Below, in pieces: positions 27,450 through 35,315 of a stretch of DNA of 64,000 nucleotides. The notes beneath the pieces were generated by a model. The model did no database searches. It was not told where the DNA came from and saw only the letters and a list, made by a program, of their open reading frames with translations. Both the position numbers and the translations under genes were made by a program. Numbering within the stretch: position 1 is the stretch's first letter; the number at the start of each line of letters is the position of its first letter. Source of the stretch: a virus; the IMG/VR virus record IMGVR_UViG_3300045738_001212, positions 1 to 64,000 of that record. One strand, given 5' to 3'.

Positions 27450-28235
27450 TCATTCTACGTTTTTAAGTCTTGTGATTAGAAATTTGACAAGTTTTGACCT
27501 CATAATATCTTCTTCTGTGAAAGAGAATGTGTGGATTCCCATTTCTCGACTTTCTTCGTCGCTAAAGGTCTTTGCCATCTTTTCAAATCCGCCTATTAGT
27601 TGATGGCTCTTAATGTCTGTTTGCATTGGGTCTGCTAGGACAAAACATTTGCTGCCTTTCCCAAGCCTAGTTAGAACGGTGGTGATTTCTTTTATGGTGC
27701 TGTTTTGTGCTTCATCTAAAATTATGCACTTGGCAGTCCAATTCATTCCCCGCGCAAAATTAACAGGGAACATGCTTATTCTTTTTTGTTCTTCTAATTT
27801 TTCTATTCGAGTGTTTAGGAGAAGCTCGTCCAATTTGTCCAGAAAAGGTAAATTATAGAATCTTAGTTTGTCTTCTGCGCTTCCGGGTAAGAAGCCTAAA
27901 CTGTGTGCGCCGCTTTCCACGGCAGAGCGAAGGTACATGATATCAGATATGACTTTCATGTTTAGTAATTGAAGAGAGCAATACACCGAGAGCAGAGTTT
28001 TAGAAGAGCCAGCGGGACCGTCAACAAACATGACCTTTGTGTCGGGATGCAAAGCTATCTTAAAGAACTCCTTTTGCCTTTCGGTCCAAGGGAACTGTTT
28101 AATTTTAATAAGTCTTTTTATTGGGTTGGGATTTTTAAAACTATCCGATAGGGAATCTTCCATTTCTTGAACTTCTTGTTGTAATTCCAATTTTCCCGCC
28201 GCTCTGGACCTTTTGCTAGGCATTTTGTCTTTCAC
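27450..28235 (-). CDS. phoH: PhoH-family ATPase
   Basis: GPAGSSKT, LGFLPG, ARGMNW, ILDEAQN, LTRLG, DPMQTD, DIMRS. Confidence 0.92.
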   Translation of the reverse strand: MKDKMPSKRSRAAGKLELQQEVQEMEDSLSDSFKNPNPIKRLIKIKQFPWTERQKEFFKIALHPDTKVMFVDGPAGSSKTLLSVYCSLQLLNMKVISDIMYLRSAVESGAHSLGFLPGSAEDKLRFYNLPFLDKLDELLLNTRIEKLEEQKRISMFPVNFARGMNWTAKCIILDEAQNSTIKEITTVLTRLGKGSKCFVLADPMQTDIKSHQLIGGFEKMAKTFSDEESREMGIHTFSFTEEDIMRSKLVKFLITRLKNVE

Positions 28236-28511
28236 CTTACATAGATATACACTTAGATAGGTAGTCTACGAAAAGCCTTCTTAGTTATGCGAACCAATTG
28301 AAATGCAAATAAAAATTTTAAAAAAGATACCCCGTCGGGATTTTTCGAACCCTAATGCAACTGAAAGGTTTGGTCTCGGGGAGACTGAAAAATAGCACCC
28401 CCCTACCGCCTGACAATTTCCATTTAGAAAAAATTTGCAATATTGGGGCCGGGGGGAATTGCTTTTTTTATTTTTCTTGACGAGTTCCCGTTTCTGTGTT
28501 ATATTGTACCC

Positions 28512-28718
28512 ATGAGCGAGACCTACAATGACCCTTCTGATTCCACCCGTGTGCGCGAGCGTTGTGAAGACGCGCCGTGCTGCGGCTGCTGCGGCCCCGA
28601 TACCGTGGGCGGCTACGACCCCCAACCCTACGGCGGCTTTGAAGGCCAGTGGGCTGGTGACGGCTCCGGTTTGGATGACCTCGCGGACTTTAACGCGATG
28701 GAGGGCATGGATATGTGA
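28512..28718 (+). CDS. small acidic Cys-rich early protein (RCEDAPCCGCC), leaderless; start corrected
   Basis: TTGACG-N17-TATATT-N6-ATG. Confidence 0.75.
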   Translation: MSETYNDPSDSTRVRERCEDAPCCGCCGPDTVGGYDPQPYGGFEGQWAGDGSGLDDLADFNAMEGMDM

Positions 28719-28766
28719 ATAACTTTACCCTTGACAAGGGGACGTTCGTGTGTTAATATTATACCA

Positions 28767-28943
28767 ATGATGAACGAGACGACATTTGAAGTTAGCTGGG
28801 CCTACGGCGAAACCACCTTTATCAACGCCCGTGACGAGGCGCAAGCCGAGCGTATGGCCGCGCAGATGGGCAGAGCCCACGGGTTGGGCAAGGTCAAGTG
28901 GGTGCGTCACGCATCGCTGGACAAGGCAAACAGCGAGTTTTAA
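28767..28943 (+). CDS. small early protein (x-A-x-D/S-E-x-x-A family), leaderless; start corrected
   Basis: TTGACA-N17-TAATAT-N7-ATG. Confidence 0.7.
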   Translation: MMNETTFEVSWAYGETTFINARDEAQAERMAAQMGRAHGLGKVKWVRHASLDKANSEF

Positions 28944-29095
28944 CGACTTACCCCTTTAACTCGCCGCGAAGCGGTGAGTTAAGGAAGCCCCCGCACTTTT
29001 TTCAACTCAGTGCAACAAAAACATCTCAGGACAGATGCGCTTATTTCGTTCCGATTAAAATTTGCTATTTTCTTAATTTAAATTTGCTGAATTTG

Positions 29096-29557
29096 CTATT
29101 TTCTTAATTTGAAAAACTTATGTTTACCAACGATTTTTATAGGTGTGCTTGTGCGCGTCCAATAGTTGTGAGTGTTAACGTGACAGTAGTGGTCGGCATT
29201 GCCAACGTAGCTATGCTGTAAGTTGTTTATGTTTGTTGCAAGCATCTTTGCATAGGCCGCGTGTTGGTGCGTCTTTAATAGCGTGGGTAGTTTCTTTCTA
29301 TTAGGGTCACGCTCATCCCAACAAGAGAATTGCCATATCCTCTTACCCTTTTGCAAGCAGACTTGCTTTGCTGTTTTGTTTCTATTGATTACACGTTGAG
29401 CGATAACACAGGCCACGCCATACATACCGGCTTCGCCCTCGCCACGCGCTTCGCCTAAGATCGTCATGGCTACCACGTCGCGTTCGGTATACTCTTCGGC
29501 ACACAGCCCCATCAGTATAATAAAAAGCATGACAAAAAATATAAATCTAACGAACAT
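29096..29557 (-). CDS. cell-wall hydrolase (SleB/Hydrolase_2 family) with N-terminal hydrophobic segment
   Basis: TILGEARGE, VIAQR, QFSCW, ADHY, VGKHKF. Confidence 0.88.
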   Translation of the reverse strand: MFVRFIFFVMLFIILMGLCAEEYTERDVVAMTILGEARGEGEAGMYGVACVIAQRVINRNKTAKQVCLQKGKRIWQFSCWDERDPNRKKLPTLLKTHQHAAYAKMLATNINNLQHSYVGNADHYCHVNTHNYWTRTSTPIKIVGKHKFFKLRK

Positions 29558-29580
29558 AAATAATCCTTTTGTTGAATGTT

Positions 29581-29626
29581 AAAAGTAGGGTGACGCAAGG
29601 AGAGACCACTAACCTTGCGCCACCCT
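29581..29626 (-). terminator. terminator-like hairpin with 12-nt loop UUAGUGGUCUCU
   Basis: 14-bp stem with G-U on minus strand followed by ACUUUU. Confidence 0.75.
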
Positions 29627-29635
29627 GTTCTATGA

Positions 29636-30019
29636 CTACCACCAGCACGAGTAAACTATCTTCCACCCGCCAGCTAGTGCCTTCCTAGCCTTCTGGATGA
29701 ATTCGATGTCGTCATCCTTGTAGCCGTATTCACCTTCATAATCCTCATAGGAATCATTGCCGAAGAAGAAGCCTCCTGTCTCTGGTAGTTCCTTGTCTAG
29801 GATAGCTTGCTCTAGGCTGTCCAAATCCTCCTCGTCAATAGTTACATCAACAAGATTGAATTCTCCATCGCCACCCTTGCTGCGCCAAAGCTCTTCCATC
29901 CACCCTTGCAAGCGATTATGCTTGCGCCAGTAGTGAAGCTCCGTCTTGGTGATGGTGTCGGTGCGTGTGTCTGAATCGTAGTCAGACTTAACTTGATATG
30001 CTGTTTGGTCGAGTCCCAT
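29636..30019 (-). CDS. conserved phage protein (MGLD...YWRK.N.L..W...YSCWW type)
   Basis: recognisable motif; SD AGGAGA. Confidence 0.75.
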   Translation of the reverse strand: MGLDQTAYQVKSDYDSDTRTDTITKTELHYWRKHNRLQGWMEELWRSKGGDGEFNLVDVTIDEEDLDSLEQAILDKELPETGGFFFGNDSYEDYEGEYGYKDDDIEFIQKARKALAGGWKIVYSCWW

Positions 30020-30028
30020 AGTAATCTC

Positions 30029-30954
30029 CTAGTTAGTGGTTGCGGTTGGTAGTGGTGGTAGTGCCAGCGGTTTAGGTAGCGGTGGCAACGGTGGGAGGCT
30101 GGCCATGTAAGCCAATCTCTCTACTTCAGCGAATGAAATACTGAATTGCTTCTTTAAGATAGGCAGCGCAGCCTTAATCTTGTAGAGGCGATAGGCTTCA
30201 GCCTTTGCCTCCTCGTGGGTTGCGCCTTCCTTCTTTCGGGCTTTGATGTGGTTGGTTACTTCAGCAGCCTTGACTGCGTTGCGAGCTTGGTAGGTTTTGT
30301 ATGTCTTCATTGGTAAGAGTATGCCTGAATTTGGTGTTGGTGTCAAGTTTATTCCTATATGGTTACCGCTGAGAGGCCGTTGGCTAGGATGGGCCGCTTG
30401 TGCAACGGCGCGAACGAATTGATGCGATGCCAGTTGAATCGGCGGATGACGTTTTCATAACCGTCACGGCATACCGTAGCGACAAAGCCCCCGTTGCCCG
30501 AAAAGAAGAATTCGTCGGGCGTGAGGATGAGATAGTTTTCAGTCTTGCCGTTGGCCTTGGTGTAGTTGAGTTCGAATGCTTTCTTGGTGTATGTCATGGT
30601 TATAATATACCATGAAAGAGCCTCGTTGTCAAGCAGTTTCTCACAGTGTTTCAATGTAAATCCCTGTTGCCAGTATCACCACGAATGACACGATGCCAAT
30701 AATGAGAACAAAATAAATATCTCTGAAATCGTCTTTCATAATCCCTCCTTGATATAATTATGCGTTCCCATCTTTTCAATAAAATGAGTTTCAAGCATAT
30801 CAAATTGATGCATCGCCGTGCCTCTGTTGTTGGCCCATTCTAACGCCCTAAAGAGTGAACAAGCTTTTTGATAAGTCTCACACACTTGAGCCGCTGCTAT
30901 GTTTTGATGCACTGACGTTGGCACTACGTTTTGTTCTTTTCCGTTTTTGGTCAT
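30029..30954 (-). other. small early genes 30029-30310, 30355-30597, 30736-30954 (starts corrected by promoter position)
   Basis: leaderless promoters / translational coupling. Confidence 0.7.
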
Positions 30955-31064
30955 AAAGGTTTCTTGTGTTTAGGTTTCCGAGTGTAAGAGCCTTTGCCCT
31001 TCTTAACGCGATGCTCACGGGACGCGCTGCCCATGTAGCCCTCTTTGTTTTTCCGCGCTTTCAT
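30951..31064 (-). CDS. 37-aa ArfA-like ribosome-rescue peptide (not in ORF track): MKARKNKEGYMGSASREHRVKKGKGSYTRKPKHKKPL
   Basis: KKGKGSYxRKxKH motif as in ArfA; own leaderless promoter; ATGA coupling to next gene. Confidence 0.75.
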   Translation of the reverse strand: MKARKNKEGYMGSASREHRVKKGKGSYTRKPKHKKPL

Positions 31065-31082
31065 AGTGATAATATACCACTG

Positions 31083-31189
31083 AAACGTCTCACTGTCAAG
31101 GATAAACCACCCAACCCGCCGCGTAGCGGTGGGTTGTTTTAGCTTGCACTGAGATAAAAAATCTGCGGGCGTTTTTCTGACTCACTGTC
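31083..31189. repeat. about 107-bp exact direct repeat (second copy about 33151-33257) containing promoter -35 box, hairpin and 35-bp dyad
   Basis: aaacgtctcactgtcaaggataaaccacc...ctgactcactgtc identical in both. Confidence 0.92.
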
Positions 31190-31194
31190 AAGCC

Positions 31195-31617
31195 TTAAAC
31201 TACAGCCCAGCACCGATGCCCCACGAAACAATACGCTGATTTGGCGATGGGACGTTTCTCTTTTACCGTCACAAAAGTCTTATGCTTGTAAGGGTCGTAA
31301 GTCACCTCCACCCACTTGCCATCCACAGCCATCGTCTTCGCTTGCTTTAGCATCTCTTGAGGGGAAATCATATTTACAACAGGGCGATGCCCGGTATACG
31401 TAATCCACTTACCGCGCACGTAGGCGTGTACGTTCTTACGCATCTCATCCCGGACGCGATCATTGCCCTTGGCACCAACGACGAATTCAACATCATGCAA
31501 CAGAATACCTCTCACATGTTTGGCCACTAGGCCATCGTGTCGGGTACGCACCGAGTAAACCCGATCCGTCTTGTCTCCCCTGTGCAGGTTCCTGTAAACG
31601 TCTACCTTGCTTTTCAT
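31195..31617 (-). CDS. conserved phage protein (VYRNLH...KNVHAYV.G...YDPY type)
   Basis: recognisable motif. Confidence 0.7.
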   Translation of the reverse strand: MKSKVDVYRNLHRGDKTDRVYSVRTRHDGLVAKHVRGILLHDVEFVVGAKGNDRVRDEMRKNVHAYVRGKWITYTGHRPVVNMISPQEMLKQAKTMAVDGKWVEVTYDPYKHKTFVTVKEKRPIAKSAYCFVGHRCWAVV

Positions 31618-31997
31618 TAGTCTACGTTCTCCATGTCGTCGTGCATCATATTCTCAAGCTTGCCAATCTTGTCATCGCTTAACCCCGCTCGCCAATCATC
31701 ATCATCATATTCATTCTCCTCCTTCTCCCAGCGGTATCCCTCTGGCGGCATGATGTGCCACAAATCATTCGCCCTTGCCTCGCCTATGATGTAAGGCTTA
31801 ATCTCTTCCATTGAAACGTCGCCCCATTCATTCTCAACACCCATAACGTAGCCGAAGGCTATGCCGTTTTCGTCTGGCTCTCCCAGATAATACTCCCACA
31901 TATTCCGAAGGATGATGTGCTGGTGAACGGTGAACGCGCTGATGGGTAAGGTGCGGTTGTTTATGGGGACTATGTTTCTAGGTTTTGTAGGTTTCAT
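31617..31997 (-). CDS. DUF2958-like protein, leaderless
   Basis: WEYY...FGYVMG.E.EWGDVS.EEI. Confidence 0.55.
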   Translation of the reverse strand: MKPTKPRNIVPINNRTLPISAFTVHQHIILRNMWEYYLGEPDENGIAFGYVMGVENEWGDVSMEEIKPYIIGEARANDLWHIMPPEGYRWEKEENEYDDDDWRAGLSDDKIGKLENMMHDDMENVD

Positions 31998-32861
31998 TAG
32001 GTATAATGTAACACTTTAGAGGCCGCTTGTCAAGCGGTTTTTTGAGTTTCGACGCCGAACATCTTCTCACCGCGACCCACCCACGAAGGGCCGTCAACGA
32101 GCCACGACGCTGTGCCAGTATCCGACAAGCAAGCTACCGTCGGGCTTTCAATTTCCCCTTCCGTTAAGCCACAGGCGGCCTTGAAGCGGTCAACGTCAAA
32201 ACGCGGGTTGTCCTTGGCAAACTGGGTTGCGGCTAGTGTAGCCAGCACAGCGGCGGGTGTGCCGTTGTTGGCTGCGTTGATGAGGGCGGCGACGAATTCG
32301 AAGTGTTCTTTTGTTGTTTTCATTAGGTATAGTCTAACGCTTTAGAGGCCGCTTGTCAAGCTTTTTATCTGCATCGTTCAATGTCCTTTTCTCTTTTTAG
32401 CTCCGCCTCTTCTTCGTGGGTGAAAAGTCTGCCGAGGGTGATTGACTCAATCTCAAGGCCGATCTTGCTACCGAAATACATATCCCGCACGTTAGCGAAT
32501 GAGGTTCCGGTTGCGGCCCAGCGTGTGCCATTGGTTGTGGTTACGATAAAATCGGTTGTTTCTTTTATGTCTTTCATTAGGTATAGTCTAACACTTTAGA
32601 GACCGATTGTCAAGGATAAAGTTGTCCCCCCGCGCAAGCGGGGGGGGGTTAGCCTAGACCCCCCTGTGCGCTTCCACACAGGCCACCTCTTTAGGGAAGC
32701 CCTTGCGGAGTAGTTCAAGATTGTTGCTGTCAGCCTTACGAATAAGGCGCAACAGTTTAGCGGTGAACCAACTACCCTCTCCACAGAGGATGTTGCCGAT
32801 GTTGTTTTTGTCGTAGTTACTCATTGGGTATACTGTAACACTTTAGAGGCCGCCTGTCAAG
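31993..32861 (-). repeat. four near-identical promoter+ATG cassettes (CTTGACA.GCGGCCTCTAAAGTGTTA...TATACCTAATG)
   Basis: upstream of ATGs at 31997, 32323, 32577, 32824. Confidence 0.9.
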
Positions 32862-33431
32862 CACCAAGTGCGTCCCACGGGTCTACGGGTGCGTTGGGTT
32901 CCTCGTTCCGTTTCATCCAAGGGGTGCGAAGTAACTCCTCCCATTCGCTTGAGCCAACAGCGTCATGATACGCAGCGCGTACTAGCGCGTGGTGGCCGCT
33001 CATTCTCCAATCCCAATCGTTCATATCCTTTGACTTGATAGTGCTGGTCTTGCCCTCTGGTGAGACATAGGTGAACACATGGTTGTTGGTCTTGCGGTTA
33101 GAGTAGAGTAGAAACTTTTCTTTACCTTCCATACGTATAATGTACCACGCAAACGTCTCACTGTCAAGGATAAACCACCCAACCCGCCGCGTAGCGGTGG
33201 GTTGTTTTAGCTTGCACTGAGATAAAAAATCTGCGGGCGTTTTTCTGACTCACTGTCGCATGGCCACGCTTACCACGCATGGGGCCACACGCCGACTATT
33301 TCGCTATTTGGGTGATCGCCTAAAGCGTGAGTCTTGGCTACCGTAAGGGTCATGCCCCAGTAAGAGGCTTCGTAATAGCTGCCCGATGTGAAATTCCGGG
33401 TTCTGATTGTCCAGTTAGATGTTTCGCTCAT
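32030..33431 (-). other. single-gene leaderless units: 32030-32323 (DNPRFD motif), 32365-32577, 32654-32824 (56 aa, unlisted), 32857-33132, 33270-33431 (53 aa, unlisted)
   Basis: each has its own promoter immediately before ATG. Confidence 0.75.
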
Positions 33432-33691
33432 GGGTATAATGTAACACGAAAAACGCTACCTGTCAAGGAAAAACAGTGAGGCTCAAAAAATGCTGCCGCT
33501 TTTTCAACTCACAATCAATTAGGTCAATTAATCACGTTTATATAGGGTAATTGTTTCGCAAGGCACCCCAGTAAAACAGATATTTAGATGATAAGAATTT
33601 CCTATTTACCCCTGATTTCTCCGATGAGAAATACCCCCTTTTTAAGAAATTATATGTTGACAGATAGGCTATTTGGTGGTATAGTATTCTT

Positions 33692-33818
33692 GTTGGTGGC
33701 AATGGTAGCCCTCGCTGAATAAGTGAGTGCCCTCGCAGGAAAGCCCCTAGTGGAAGCGCGACGAAGCTAGACGGTGATACGATACTGGAGGGGTGAGGTT
33801 CAATCCCTCGCACCAATA
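33692..33818 (+). ncRNA. tRNA-like (tRNA-mimic) structured RNA, about 125 nt
   Basis: promoter TTGACA(33657)-N17-TATAGT; acceptor stem GTTGGTG/CACCAAT; D-loop-like AATGGTA; T arm TGAGG-TTCAATC-CCTCG. Confidence 0.75.
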
Positions 33819-33825
33819 ACAATTT

Positions 33826-34023
33826 ATGATGAACGACAAATGTAAATGTGGAGGTTGTGGTGCGCCCGTAGCGTGGGAGTACGACGCCCCTTATCAGGAG
33901 TACCCCGGCGCGAAGGTGTGGGGCGGGGAATGGTTCGTCGAGTGCGAGAAATGCGGGTGGAGCGATGCCACCAAACAAGACTTGAGCCATTACTCCATAC
34001 GCGAGAACACGCGGGGGTGGTGA
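33826..34023 (+). CDS. small zinc-finger protein
   Basis: CGGC...CEKC; stop codon is the first triplet of a 35-bp dyad. Confidence 0.65.
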   Translation: MMNDKCKCGGCGAPVAWEYDAPYQEYPGAKVWGGEWFVECEKCGWSDATKQDLSHYSIRENTRGW

Positions 34024-34148
34024 GTTAAGAAAGCCCCCGCATTTTTTTCAACTCAGTGCAAGCCTTTTCTTTTGTCGATCACGAGTGATCGTCTAAATAG
34101 TTTGTCAATCATATTTCCACTATTTTGATCGTCTAAATTTGCTAAACG

Positions 34149-34179
34149 AAAAGCCCCCCCGCTTGCGCGGGAGGGCTTT
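34149..34179. terminator. intrinsic terminator after DUF932 gene, possibly bidirectional
   Basis: GC stem with GCAA loop flanked by A/T runs. Confidence 0.8.
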
Positions 34180-34199
34180 GGTTCTTCACCCCTTGGCTT

Positions 34200-35093
34200 T
34201 TAGTTCAGAGCCAGCTTGACCACTTCAGAGGGAACGGCCTTGACCAGCTTGTCAAGCTTGGCGGATTGCTCCGCAGCACCCCGCAGCTTCCGCAGCACCT
34301 TGGTGCTAACGGTGTTGGCGTACTCGAAACGCTCCCTGCTCACGTCATGGGTGAGGTGTTGGGTGGCTGCGTTGTAGAGTGTCCACAGATTGCGGGCTTC
34401 GTCTTCCTCGCGGGCGGGATTCTCCCACACCTTGAGGATGCCGTCCTTGACCACGTTAGACAGCACCTTCGAGCGGTTCAACTGGTCGAGGATGTTGCGC
34501 CCCTGCTCTTGCGTGATGTCACGCTCGCCCAAGATGCTGAAGCCTTGCGCGGCTTCGTTGAAGCTTCCGGTGGCTCTGTCGAGAGCGTCCCCGATAAAGC
34601 TAATCTCTACCGCTGCGGTATGACGGCGATTCATGCCGAACTCATTCTCCAAGGTGGTCATGCCGTTGAGGCAAACCAGCCGCACCATGCCAAGCGCGAA
34701 GGATACGCGCAGGGAACGGTCAAAGGAGTTTTGCAGGGTGAGGCGCATTCCTAATTCCATGCCCTTCACTCTGTCCTCGCGCCGTGTGGCGATGGCCGTC
34801 TCATTCGCGAAGTCGTACTGCGCGAACATCTTCTCGCCGCGACCAGTCACGACAATGTGGCGGCTTGTGGGAACCATCCCGCGAGACTCAAAAGCCTCTT
34901 CGGCATTGGCAATCAAATCACCGTTTTGCACAAAGCCGTACTGCTCCGTGCCCCAACCTAATTCCTCGCCCGTATCGGTACGGACGTGCGCGTATACGCG
35001 GGAGCGGTTGCTGTTGGGAAGGGTAAGGGGGACACGCTCCACGGTGTAATCGAAAGCGGTGGGGTCGGAGGTTTGAATAGTGTTTCTGGCCAT
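34200..35093 (-). CDS. DUF932/DUF945-family protein
   Basis: VRTDT...Y..VQN, NSFD.S, RLVCLNGM, RHT, NLWTLYNAAT. Confidence 0.85.
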   Translation of the reverse strand: MARNTIQTSDPTAFDYTVERVPLTLPNSNRSRVYAHVRTDTGEELGWGTEQYGFVQNGDLIANAEEAFESRGMVPTSRHIVVTGRGEKMFAQYDFANETAIATRREDRVKGMELGMRLTLQNSFDRSLRVSFALGMVRLVCLNGMTTLENEFGMNRRHTAAVEISFIGDALDRATGSFNEAAQGFSILGERDITQEQGRNILDQLNRSKVLSNVVKDGILKVWENPAREEDEARNLWTLYNAATQHLTHDVSRERFEYANTVSTKVLRKLRGAAEQSAKLDKLVKAVPSEVVKLALN

Positions 35094-35315
35094 GATTTGT
35101 AGGTCTTTCTTGGTTAAGGGTTATCTCTCACTCACTACAAAGAGTGTATCACCAATCCACTATCCTGTCAAACCTTTTTTTCTGTCATTGGATACAAACC
35201 CGCCGCGCAGCGGTGGGTTTGGGCTTGCACTGAGTTAAAAAATGTGCGGGCGTTTTTACGACTCATTCCCTCCGTTAACCCATCCCTCCGGGCTGGGTTT
35301 ATATTTACACGCTAT

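Noticed and set aside
33692-33818. Canonical tRNA or tmRNA
   Set aside because: No U33 anticodon loop, minimal D stem, ~65-nt extra domain; too short for tmRNA and lacks the Ala G3-U70 acceptor identity
33538-33990. Minus-strand 150-aa ORF
   Set aside because: Antisense to the promoter, tRNA-like RNA and zinc-finger gene; no protein features
34266-35049. Long plus-strand ORFs opposite DUF932
   Set aside because: Antisense shadows in a GC-rich, codon-biased gene
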